Assembly (NCBI RefSeq): GCF_021869535.1 | Contig: NW_026262734.1 | Location: 101,680,001-101,744,000 of the forward strand | Length of the DNA stretch: 64,000 nt | Source of the DNA: Mytilus californianus | Lineage: Eukaryota | Reading direction: 5' to 3' | Shown: positions 34,678 to 46,682 of the stretch, piece after piece | How the letters are laid out: each line of letters starts with the position of its first letter | How positions within the stretch are numbered: the first letter of the stretch is position 1 | Notes under the pieces: generated by a model | The model's input: only the letters and a program-made list of their open reading frames with translations | Database searches by the model: none | Told to the model about the DNA's origin: nothing | Made by a program: the position numbers and the translations under genes

Positions 34678-35152
34678 TAATTTATTATACTGAATGTTCT
34701 GTTATTACTGTCTATCAAATTTCAAATTCAAAGTAATAAACTATGACGTCTTGTACATAACAATCATCCATATTTATTAAAACGCACACTTGAGCAAGCG
34801 TCTCCGTGAAGGACAATAGAGTATTTGCCATGGGATAGAGTAAATAGTTGCCCTTATTTTAACCAATCAAAATCTTGCATTTTGACATGAAGTATAATAA
34901 TGTCAATTATGGCATAAAATATGAGTAAATATAGGTCCCATGCAAAAACGATATTTGTTTATAAATTCTCATAACACTTCGGCGACATCCCTTACGTTTC
35001 CGTTGTTGCTTGTTATATATTTCATTACAACAACTCAACTGAAATATGCATCTCTTTTGGTTTCTGTACTAATTGATCATAACGCAGAAAAAGCCTCCAA
35101 AGTATTCGTTTAGTTGCAAAATAATGCAATTGGCTTGATTGAAACAAAAATA

Positions 35153-35283
35153 TTTCCATATACAATCCTCCGAATAAAATCATCAAACATGATAAGTCGG
35201 AAAATTTGACATTCTAGGTATCAAATTTTCCTACTTATCATATCATGTTTGATGATTTCATTCGGAGTATTATCTATGAAAAT
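35153..35283. repeat. Hairpin palindrome in the K2P intron
   Basis: CTCCGAATAAAATCATCAAACATGATAAGTCGGAAAATTTGA / TCAAATTTTCCTACTTATCA(TATCA)TGTTTGATGATTTCATTCGGAG with a loop of ~10 nt. Confidence 0.8.
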
Positions 35284-36055
35284 AATAATATTTTTATGTT
35301 ATAAGACCACCATTTCACCCACTTCAATTTAGAACATATGTAAAAGTATTCCTTTTTTTACAAAAATGGTGCTTTTGATGTCATTGTTTACTTAAACTTA
35401 CAAACAAATTTGCAGAGATTAAACTTTTGGTGAAAGAGAAATATATATAGACCATACATATGATTTTGCATTAAACATTTAGGATTAATGCGCTCCTTAG
35501 TATATTTATTTAAGATTTTCAGAAAACCAGAGGTTATCTTTAGTTGCGCTTGACTTCCCAACGGTGGTGTTTCGATACAAGACTTTGAAAATTGTTTGAA
35601 AATTGAAATATTGAAAGGTGATACATGTACAATTCCGAATCTACCTGTTTTGTTTGAAGTTAAACTTAAGATAAAATATCTAGAAGGCTGTGAATATTGT
35701 AGAATTTGGATGATTATATAGGGGTTTGGAATTGGAGGTATGACACCTTTAACGTACGAGTGATTCCGTAAACATTAGTGGGCATCAATTTAGAGCAAAT
35801 TTATAGATCTCTGTAGTTATAACATGGTCTATTATGCACGAACAAAAAAAAACACTTGTTCCTTGGAAGAGTCGTCCTGTGTGTTTGGTTTAGTTTATAG
35901 GACTCGTGTAAACATATATGCGTATAGTTGTAGTACTTATATCAATAACACATAGCTGAGTGGGTGACATAGCAAATTGTTACCCCTCTAAAATATAAAA
36001 AAGAAAATATTTTTGTCAGTTTAAATTTGTTAACTTAATCTTGCTAATGTTTTAC

Positions 36056-36719
36056 CTATTGTTGTAATAACTGTGACTGAATATAGCAAGGATCCAGTGA
36101 AAGACCAGTGCAGCTCACCCACAGCCTCATCTGAAATGCCATCCCATCCTAGTTCTTTTGTGGCTACGTAAATTTGCTTTTCAAAAAGGCGCAAAGTATG
36201 TTCCACCTGTCCTGTCCAATTTGGCTTCTCCAAAATATTAAAACGATATGTCGCATTCCATAACTCATTTAATGTCTCCTTTCTGAGGTTTGTAGTAATT
36301 AATCTACTTTGTTTTTCATTTCCTTGTTCCAAACTTTGAAAAATAATGGCACCGAGAATTGAATATCCTATAACCAGGCATGTCAGACCTACGTGAGAAA
36401 AAAGGAATATCAGAAATTTCTTCAAAAGTACTTTCCCCTTCCTTTTAATTTGTGCTGAATTTGGAATTTCTTTTTTGCCCTTTTCTTTCTCTGTCAACGG
36501 GTTGGTGACGTCATGGGTGTCGTCAACTGCGCATAAGTTGTTGTATGACGTCAAATTTGTTCTATTTATATCATGAGCTGATATATCACTTATGATACAG
36601 GTTTCATTTGATTCCGCAATTGACATTCCCAGCTTTTCCGAATCCTTCAGATCTTGTTTTGACATATCTGTAGTAACAAATGTGTCGTTTGAAATATCAG
36701 CAGAACAATCTTTCGTCAT
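36056..36719 (-). CDS. Two-pore-domain potassium channel (K2P/TWIK family), coding exon 1 (N-terminus, M1, cap, P1)
   Basis: First in-frame ATG at 36719, 13 nt after an acceptor (TTGCAG|G, exon edge 36732). M1 FLIFLFSHVGLTCLVIGYSILGAIIFQSLE and pore helix WSFTGSLLYSVTVITTI; donor ATAG|GTAAAA at 36056/36055 (phase 1). Joined CDS is 664+671 nt = 444 aa plus stop. Confidence 0.95.
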
Positions 36720-37384
36720 TTCATCTATCAACCTGCAACAAATATCAATGATTAAACTGTTCTGTTAGATATGGAGACTAACACGTGGATGCAGCATGAA
36801 CTGACCACGTGATCACTAAAAAATACCAAGGTATACAAAATAGGATTATATCATTTAGGTTATTTTCAGATCAACTGGTCAAAATTTCCCTGTTGTTAGT
36901 ATTTATCATGTTTACGATGCTGGAAATTTTAAATATGAACATATTAATTGTCAGATGCACAGTAGTTGCTATTTAAAGTATTGAATTGGTGTAGATCATG
37001 TCTTAAGTATGGGAAATGAGAATAGTATGTCTTTTCCCATCAAAACTGACATTTCAAACTATATATCAGTAAAATCATTCAGGGATTGTGTTTTTGTTTT
37101 GTTTACCCTTAAACAATGACATTTCATAATCATTCAAATGGTCCTACCAAAGAGCGTTTAGAAATTGGACTTTGTTCTCTATTGACTGTCATACTACAAG
37201 TTTGATGGACTATACATCGACCCTTCATGCAGACCATTAAAGCCGTTTGTCTTTTTTTTTTCTTTTTGCGATAGTTTTTCATAAAATAGTCAGTGGAGAT
37301 GGATACTTTCCCATTAGACAAATGCATTTGACATTCCTCATACCCAAAATATAATAAATTAGTTTGTATCATACAGTAATAAAA

Positions 37385-37720
37385 TGCTCCCGCGGAGTGC
37401 AGCTTGATACGACCACAGAGGTCGAAACCTGAACAGTTTGGGCAAGTATGGACACTACTTTCAAGCTTGAAACAGTTCTGAATTTGGATTGTGTTTAAAT
37501 ATTTGACTCATCACAAGTTTCTGACACAGAACTGTGCCCAAAAATGAAAAATCTAAATACATGTTTAGATTCAGCATATCAAAGAACCCAAATAATTCCT
37601 TTTTGTTTAAATCAAACAAAGCTTAATTTTGGATCCTTTTGGACCTTAATGTAGACCAATTTGAAAACCGGGCCCAAAATAAAAAAAATCTAAATACACG
37701 GTTAAGTTCAGCATACTAAA
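37385..37720 (-). mobile_element. HINE/DINE-like element fragment
   Basis: Contains the reverse complement of the ~137-bp unit at 2735-3090 (AATTTGAAAACCGGGCCCAAAAT, GATTCAGCATATCAAAGAACCC), next to ACGACCACAGAGGTCGAAACCTGAACAG. Confidence 0.65.
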
Positions 37721-39934
37721 AAAAAGTGAATTTCGTCTTTTTGAAACTTAACAGGTAATTATAAAAGTTAAAAAGTTTATATAAAACGTATTTGTATGGT
37801 TTAGGAGATTCTTCTGACACTCTGAAGGAGAGGAACATGATATTTTTGTTTTTAATTTAGCATTGTTAAAAGAAACTTGCATTTATTGACCATCTTAGTG
37901 CCGTTGTGTCATGTCTTTTTTCGACTCGAAGCGGCATGCCGTTTTGATGTTTGGTAAACCGCGCCTTTCAATCGATATTCAACTGGTCTTAAACCGGCAT
38001 CACCGGTGCACCGGCGAAGGAGTATCAAGCACCAGCAATGAGAAGATGACAATATTAATATGGTGTTATACTTTTATTGGTCGTTAGTGGTACACGAGGA
38101 AAAATATTAGATATAAGATGGACTGCTTCTAAGTCAAAACTATTTCAATCTATTCCTATAAAGATTTCTTGTTGAAGCGTTAGTTTGCTATCTCATTCAA
38201 GTTGAAGTATTTCCAAATATATCATTTTATTCTCACGACGAAAATGAAATAAGAAATATAATAGCACCATTTGATATGTTTTTCCCATTTTTTGCTCACC
38301 TATATGAAGTGTAGTAAAGTGCGAACAAATTAAAACCAGGAAACAGACGCAATTATTAAATCATACGTGTACTTCAAATTATCTTAGACACCGACTATTC
38401 TTTGTGTGGGGATAACATGGTTTTTTTTTCTTGAGACTGTCACGTTTCAACATGAATCATGAATAAACTATTTCCAATAGCAAACAAAACAAGACTTACA
38501 ATTTTTGTTCACAAACTTTTAATAGAATTGTATATTTTTTTTCACTTCTCTTCAGTATGAAATTATTTTTTCCAAGAAATTTCAACCCTCCACATCGCGA
38601 CTCCCCTTTTCCACACATATACACAATGGTGAAGGTTTGATGCCGTAAATTATTTTCCATACATTTGAATAGTTATAACACCGTTGATGCATCAAAAATG
38701 TACATTTAACACATCTGCAATATTATTTAATTACTTGTCGACGTTTTTCTTTGTTAACAGTAGATTAAGTAATTATTTTACGGATCTAAGTTTTCCTGGA
38801 AAATAATTATTATATTGATCATCTGAATCAACTGCACGTAGTGTTGCATTGAAGCGATCAATACTAAGAGGAAATGTAATTAAACATTCTCCTGACACCT
38901 CTACATGTATGAAAGTTATATTTGAATAGTGAAAAAAGTCATGTATTTTTAAACAACATCTCTTCACTGTGAAAGTCTGAATCTAAAATTAGAACAAACA
39001 GTTAATTAAGACGGTTCACATATTTTGGTACCTGTCCAAAGTCAGGGACATCACATTGTTTTTGATTTATTCATTTATTGTGAAGAATTTGTGTTTTTAG
39101 CAGATATTTTTTATTTAATGTCATCATAATTTAAAGACTCAGGATTTAATCTTTATTAAAAAGGCATAACAAAATTACCAAACTCCACGGCAAATTCAAA
39201 AAGGGGAAGTCCCTAAAAACTGACAAAGTCAAACGCTATCAATCAACGGAACAAGTGAAACACAACTGCCATATTCCTGCCTTGGTACAGGCATTTTTCA
39301 AAGAAAACGGTGGGTTAAACCTTGTTTTATAGCCATCATTGTTAACATCGGCTGTGTTATATATGTATTGATAGTGATTCCATTTCAAGGTCAGCAGTCA
39401 AAATTCACGATCGTAATATGAGTTTTGAGGTTAAAGCTTATAGACATCGTTTTATTTACACCAAATTCCCAATAAAGAGTGCTTTAACCCAATTTCTTAA
39501 AATGTTTACATCAAGAAAACAAGAGGTATGACTTGTGATTACCTTAATGAATTATATGGATGTCTATAGCATAACCAAAAGAATCAATTTCGTTCAGTTT
39601 TCTATTGACCAATTACCTAGCAAGGCCTCTACCATACTGGTAAGTGTCAATTTTGAGCAGTTTTCCGCGTACCCATCACCATTTTAGTACCTCTACTATA
39701 TAGAAAAGTATCAATCTCTATCAAATACTTTTCATTTTACACACATAAGTCACATGCTTACGTCAGAAATATAACTATGCAGGGTTGAAATCAATACAGC
39801 GTCGTCTGTTGCGGATCCAGGATATTAAAAAAGGGGGCTAACTAAGGCAACGTTAAGAAAAAGACTATGCACTAACCATATGTGGCTCAATAAAGGAGCG
39901 TCCCAATAAATCCGCGCATCTGGGCGTCTGCATT

Positions 39935-40720
39935 AAAACACCTTATGTCGAATACTCTTCAGACATCCGTTCATCCGTCATTATTCGGGTGTTTCTTGAT
40001 AACGTACGTCAAGTGCCAATCTTGATCAGACACCCGTTTAGCTAGCATCAAGTAGGTGTCTTGCATACCGTTTACGGTTAATCATTTTTAGATTTCTGCT
40101 TATTTATTCTCTGGCAAATGTCCCTAAATAGCATATCGTCTAATGCCATTCATAATCAGACATCCTCTTATTCAGCATCCAGCAGGTATGTCATATGTTA
40201 AATTAAGTGTCAATCTTGATCAGACTGCCGCTTATCCATTTTCCGGCAGGTGTCTAGTGCATACCGTTAACTGTCAATATTGATCAGACATTCACTTATT
40301 CATGATCCAGCAGGTGTCTCGTGCAAACCATTAAGTGTTTATCTTGATCAGACTTCCGCTTATCCATTCTCCGGCAAGTGTCTATTGCATACAGTCAAGC
40401 GTCAGTCTTGATCAGACTTCCGCTTATCCATTCTCTGGTAAGTGTCTATTGCATACAGTCAAGCGTCAGTCTTGATCAGACATCCACTAATCCATTATTC
40501 ATCAATTGTCTCTCTCATACCGCTTACGGTTAATCTTAATCAGTCTTCCACTTATCTTTTCTCTGGTAAGTGTCTCTAGAAAACATACTGCCAAGTGTCA
40601 ATCTTGATCAGACGTCCACTTGTCTATCTTTCAGCAGGTTTTTTTTCCATAGCGTTAACGGTTACTCTTGATCAGACCTTCGCTCATCCAGTTTCCGACA
40701 AATATCTCTAGCAAACTGTC
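39935..40720. repeat. Degenerate 64-bp tandem array, about 12 units
   Basis: Core TCTTGATCAGAC or a variant at ~39956, 40020, 40082, 40150, 40214, 40279, 40342, 40406, 40470, 40534, 40602 and 40667; the units at 40342 and 40406 are nearly identical. Confidence 0.92.
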
Positions 40721-40921
40721 AAAATATCCTTTTCTAGACACAGTAATTTTTGGATAATTAAACTAGTTTTGTCATGAAGGATATATTTTATACAGAAACG
40801 AGTCACCCTATTAAATAATCTTTATTAGAGAAAATAAACAAAATTGATCTGCAATATGAAGTGTAATATTAGCTTCGACATGATGACGTCTGTCGTCAAT
40901 TTTATGGTCGGAGTCTTTCAA

Positions 40922-41158
40922 TTAGGGTCTGTATGGGGTTTACAGAATAACGAATCTTCTGAAAAAATGAACTTTAAAAAATTTTAAATGGAGAAAAATA
41001 GGGAAAAAAATCAAGAATAGAGAGATATAGAGTGCTTAAATATATAGAATAGAAAATCAGATAAATATATGAAGAACAGAGAAAAATGACTTACAATATT
41101 AAAGAATACAAAAATGAAGGACATTTCCCCACCCTTAAACCCCACCCAGACCCCCTTA
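40922..41158. mobile_element. MITE with AGAATAGAGA internal repeats (possibly Kolobok-type)
   Basis: Imperfect termini TTAGGGTCTGTATGGGG / CCCCACCCAGACCCCCTTAA; the interior resembles 850-1035. Confidence 0.55.
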
Positions 41159-41829
41159 AATGGAATTAGAATACCGCTACTGTATTAAAAAAGATGCTAA
41201 CCTTAATTGAGATTTGAAGGACGGTATACAAATTTTCCAATGAAATGTTAATCCTTAAAATTTTAAGTAGATAACTAATTTCGCACAGAGCAATTCAAAC
41301 GTCTCGTGTAAGGCTCAGCACCTTTAAAGGTAGAAATAAACGCAATATATTGGTTTTAACCAAAATTAGAACATAATACACTATTTGCAAATCACAAAAT
41401 TGACAAAAATAGAAATAGAATCTCGCAAATGCCTACCTTACTTGCAATTGTTTGTAGTCAATTTTTCAACGTTGTATTAATTCCAACAATTGTGTCTGTG
41501 TTGCAGAGCATACCGATTATATATGAATATATATTTGTTTTTAATGATCATTTTCTAACATTTTGCAGTAGTAATTATATTGCCATGTATATTTTATAAC
41601 CTTAGTGCAGTTCCAATACATCAGAGAAATTAGTTACTAAGTTTCAGTATCGAGTTTTCAAAGCCTTTGGGTTCAAACAGTATTTGTCATTTAATAGTTT
41701 CAATTATTTTGCAGATAATGTCTCAGATTAAACAATATTATTATACCAAGTCCTGTCTATGGTTAGCTGAGTAAAAAAAAAAGTCACAATAAATCGTTAA
41801 AAATGTTCATATGTTGTACTTATACACCA

Positions 41830-42110
41830 CTGTCCTATGTAAGAAGGAGTGTTTGACGCCAGCAACCATGTTTAACTCCACCACATTATGTTTGTGCCTG
41901 TCCCAAGTCATGAGCCTGTAATTCAGAGGTTGTCGTTTGTTGCTGTATATCATATTTGTTTTTGTTAATTGTTTCGTACACAAATCAAGCCGTTACATTT
42001 GTCATTCCTGAGACTTTTACAGCTGACTGTCCGGTACGGGCTTTGCTTAATGTTGAAGGCCGTAAGATGACCTATAGTTATTAACTTCAACGTCTTTTGG
42101 TCTGTCTCAT
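41830..42110 (+). mobile_element. Dispersed repeat (CCTGTCCCAAGTCAGGAGCC family)
   Basis: Homologous to 27610-27942. Confidence 0.8.
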
Positions 42111-42504
42111 TAAAAATAATATTATCATATTAAAACAATAAATTTATAACACATCTTTGTATAAAAGTATATGCGCTTTTTTTCAAATGTCGATAAAAGA
42201 TAATGTTGTTTTAACAAGGTACCAAATAAAAATGTCTGACGTTTTCCAACAATGTTGACATAACAAGCTCCTTGTGATAAGTTACATGCAAATCGAAGTG
42301 GGTGTGGTTTCGTTTTCATCTGAATAAATGGTGAAAAGTTCTTCTCTTACAAATACTAGTAATTATTTCCTTACATTGTAGAAGAACTACACAAATGCGT
42401 ATACTCAACTGGTTTTTTTGGTAAACAAATCAGACGTATAATAAAATTCATGTGATAATTTTGTTCAAGAGTTAAAAATTTTTCTCGAGTGTTAACATTT
42501 TCGG

Positions 42505-42840
42505 TTGTCTCTTGGAAGCGTGACTGCCGCTAGTGTGATACGTCATGGGTACGATATCAGGCCAGTTCAAACCAAAGACTTGAAAGTTGGTAATTTCTTA
42601 GCTAAGCACGCGGTATAAGGGGTAAAAACAAAGAGTGATCAACCCTGAGTCAGAATGATGGTGACATGTCTTCCTGCAGCCGGTAACTTTGTGAACTTTT
42701 GCACTCAAAATCCGGCTCAACTTGTCTGTTTAGTACAAATCAGGGTTCATTTTCATATCACATCAACATGTTGTCCTAATTTACATGTTATCTTTGCTAA
42801 CTGGACGTTAAAACCCAATCCATTTATTTATCAATCGTAA
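42505..42840 (+). mobile_element. Degenerate Meta-domain SINE
   Basis: Homologous to 1915-2222 (TCAAACCAAAGAC, GCTAAGCACGCGG, GACATGTCTTCCTGC); ends in a TCAATC-type tail. Confidence 0.7.
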
Positions 42841-43285
42841 ACTTATTTCTAATATCAAATAAAATAAAATGAAATTAATTCGGACAATGTTTGTCTGCCC
42901 CGGTGTCCAAAAAAAAAAGAAAAAAAAGAGTGTTTCCTCTTGGTTCGAAAGAGCTGACACTTTGATTTTGGAAACACTTTGGATTGCCTGACGATCATCT
43001 TTGTAAACATTGATTTGATATATTCATCCCATTTAAAATATGAATGTTTACTTTGGTGAAGTTATACTACTTTAAATTCTCCCTCGCCCTGCTCGTCCGA
43101 ATTTAAAGTATTACTACTCTAAATTCAATTGGCGATAAACAAGACAAACACAGAAATAGGATTAGTTGCTCGCAGGAACATAGTATTTTCTCTTGCAATA
43201 CAATATTTTATTTTACTTAATTGTACTAATTTCTTTTATAAATACATGTAATAAACATAGCAGCAACTGTATATATACTAATTTT

Positions 43286-44030
43286 TAGATGGTGACGTTC
43301 CCTTGTCACCATCTTATAGTGTTTATATATCTCAACTTGTTCGATTCGCTCGTGTATGTAACAGCGTATTTGATTTTAACGAAAGAAATCTCTGTATTAC
43401 TGAAAAATTATTACACCAGGGTTTTCGATATCACAAACTAGTCAAAATATTTACTAGATTTTATCATCGGTACAAGGCCATCATTCGTAGATATAAATCA
43501 ACATGCAGACATCTTATACGTTCAGGTATCTCACACCCAATCTTTTATGGTAATATTCTTTACAAAGCACAAAAATGTCGGTATTCACCTCAAAAGCTAA
43601 CCAAACCTTAAAACAGACTTATTCAGAAGGGATATAGTTACGATACTGTTGTCAGGTCATTAAATGATTGCATATTTTGGTATTAATACTGATTCACTCA
43701 TAGGATCTTTGCATCGCATCGGAAATAAACATATTTATTCTAAAACCAGTTGTTGGCATGATACGGGTTATGTTCTTCTGAAATATTTTATGATGGTATG
43801 ATACTAAACCCCTAACGGGAGGGATTGTGCTTGATTTTCATGTGATGAAGACATAATCTTTCAATCAGTTTAATTGAGGTCTGGAGCTGGCATGTCAGTA
43901 ACTGCTAGTAGTCCTTTGTTAATGTATGTATCATTGCCATTTTGCTTAGTTTCTTTTGTTACCTATTCTGACATCGGACTCGGACTTCTTTTAAACTGGG
44001 TTTTACTGTGCGTATTCCTGTGTGTTTCTT
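43286..44030 (+). mobile_element. Penelope-like RT C-terminal fragment (third family) plus 3' region
   Basis: ORF 43303-43611 SPSYSVYISQLVRFARVCNSVFDFNERNLCITEKLLHQGFRYHKLVKIFTRFY parallels APAYGVYISQLIRYSRAC...RKLLNQEF. Confidence 0.85.
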
Positions 44031-44039
44031 TATTCTACA

Positions 44040-44367
44040 TTAGCTAGAGGTATAGGGGAGGGTTGAGATCTCACAAAACATGTTTAACCCCGCAGCATTT
44101 TTGCGCCTGTCCCAAGTAAGGAGCCTCTGGCCTTTGTTAGTCTTCTATGTTTTTTTTAATTTAAGTTCATTTATGTTATGCAGTTATGTATGACATCCAT
44201 TTTCACTGAACTAGTACACATTTTTATTTAGGGGCCAGCTGAGGCCCACCTCCGGGTGTGGGATTTTTTCGCTGCGTTGAAGACCCATTGGTGGCCTTCG
44301 GCTGTTATCTGCTCTTTGGTCAGGTTGTTGTCTCTTTGACATATTCCCCATTTCCATTCTCGATTTT
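44040..44367. mobile_element. Composite of two dispersed repeats (GGGGAGGGTTGAGATCTC head plus inverted AAATTGAGAATGG family)
   Basis: 44040-44150 has the CCTGTCCCAAGTAAGGAGCC head; 44155-44367 is the reverse complement of 4138-4335. Confidence 0.8.
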
Positions 44368-46547
44368 AATGTGAGCACCTTCGATACCAATACATTTAAA
44401 TGCCAAACTTTATATAGTACCATAAAACCCTACCCACAGAAACCGTCAAAACTTTTCTCGTGTCTTATGCATTTAACATCAAACTTTATAAATAGTAAGT
44501 ACTGTTGCAGAACTAGTATCATAACTAGTTATACTAGTTCCCATCTATATATAAGTACTACAAATAGCAAACGGGAAAACCCCAATTTCAATCGAAATGA
44601 AATATATTCAAGTCTGTAATATTAGTTACTACTTTTCATTTGATATTGTGATTCAAGAAAAAAAACATGTTTATTTTAGTTTTGGTAACAATAGGAAAAT
44701 TTAACGATTTTAAACAAATATTCGAAGAATTAAATGACTACTATAAGTACTTCTTTTATAATATTAATATCTATAATATTGATTACCTCTCATAGTTAAA
44801 CATTATATAATATTAATGCCTATAATATTGATAACCTCTCATAGTTAAACAGTTTTACTAGTAAATGTATGTGCACATATATGAAATTTATAAGTTTATT
44901 GTGTGTTTGATACACCGGACGTGGCTGCGTATTCATACACCATAAACAGCAAGAAGGACGCCCAAGAATTTGTTATACTGCCGACTGGAAGAAGACCAAG
45001 TTGGCCACATAACTATACCTTAGTTACATTGGGGTTAGCCTACCTGGAAAAAGGAAATCGATAAAATACTAAGAAAAATTCACTGTTTTTGACTTCAAAC
45101 ATAGTAAATTCTGAGTAAATATCGATCTGATCTTCTTGATAATAGGTTCTTTGGAAGAGCGTAACATTATTGTCCAAAGGAGTGATTAGGTTGCATGGCT
45201 GCAGATATTAATTTAAAAGAAGAAATGGATGATTACTATACTAGTTGAATTTAAGCGCGTTCGATTTAATTCAGTATAGGGTTTTTAATAAGTGAGAGAC
45301 ATGCTGCTGCTAATTAACGAATGTACTATCATTTAAATATGTCAATGTTCATTCAGTTCAATGTTTAAGGCCAGTCAGATACATTCTTTTCCAATTTCAG
45401 AAGTCTTGCCTATATGTCTATGATTTCTTTAACATTAAAAATAGCCAAAAGATAACTGAGTAAACAACCATAGAACAGTTTTAAAAGTTATAAATGCATT
45501 GATATTTAGAGAACAATTGGTATTAGACACCAGCAAAGATGACTTGTGAATATGAATATGTAGAAATACTCATTTTGACAAAAGAATGCCTTTGTGACTG
45601 CCTTTATACACAATATTATCCGATTTGAAAAACAATATTCTGTACCAAATGTGTGGCTGTGCGGGATGTATAAATACGCAGCCATCATAGGTAGAAACGA
45701 TGAAGTTAAACCAAATGCCTCGTTCAGTATAAAGTATCGGCTGCCTGTACGTAAAAGATTCCTTCAAACATATATTGAGGATTTCGCAGGTAGCTAAAAC
45801 AACACAGTTCATATTACAATTGTCGGGTTTCGTATTTCTTAATCTTTAGTTTCCTTATAGTGTTTTGTTAACTGTTGTTCGTATTATATTTTTTTTTCCA
45901 TGTTGTTTTCTATTTTCAAATAGTTGTTTTTGATAGCCCCTTTTAAATATTCCCCTTTTTTCAATTCAAAATCCCAAAATATCTTTAAAGTAATTGCAAA
46001 TTTAATGTATTCATATGAAAAACGAGAAGACAGCACTTTACAAAACTTTAGACAGAGAAAGTAATGTTTACCTTGCTACAGAAATAAAATAAATTAAAAC
46101 AGCACTATATGAAATACCTGCGTCCGAATCAGTAAATAAATTCTAATGCAGTTTGTTTGGAACGATAATTTTCATGGGACGTTGACAGGTATTTTGAAAG
46201 GTTAGATACCCACGTTCTTCAAGTCCGTAACTAAGGAAATCCACCATTTTGAATTCCGAATTTTTTGTGTGTAATTTCTCAGAAAATAAACAAAAAAATA
46301 AATTACTTTGTGCTTCAAAATTTTCCTTTTTGTCAATTATATTTAAACCATTCAGAAGCGTACGAAAAGTATACGTCTAGTGTTTATGTTTAACATCAGG
46401 AGTATACCTATGACGTCACATTATTAAGATGATAAAGACGTTGTAACAGTTTTTCGAACTTTTTCATTTATGGCATATTTAAGCCAAAATATTTATCAAA
46501 TGGAATTTATTTTAATATGTGGCATTAGAATGGAAATAACTGTATAT

Positions 46548-46682
46548 TATTTTAAGCTTAACCTCCGTAAAACTTGATTTTACTGTCGCAAATATCGGTT
46601 TACCTAGCTCCGTTACGCGTCGCTAGGTAAACTCAAATTGCGAGAGTACAATCTACGTTTTACGAAGGCCAAGCTTAAAATA
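46548..46682. mobile_element. Short palindromic (hairpin) MITE-like element
   Basis: TATTTTAAGCTT...GTAAAAC...GTTTACCTAGC / GCTAGGTAAAC...GTTTTAC...AAGCTTAAAATA with a loop of ~13 nt. Confidence 0.85.

Noticed and set aside
39935-40720. CRISPR-like array (conserved 12-bp core separated by variable sequence)
   Set aside because: The spacers are homologous to each other, the context is eukaryotic and there are no cas genes; it is a degenerate tandem repeat.
44761-44852. 49-bp tandem duplication (similar small duplications at 13320-13441 and 25190-25310)
   Set aside because: Ordinary slippage-type duplications with no further structure.
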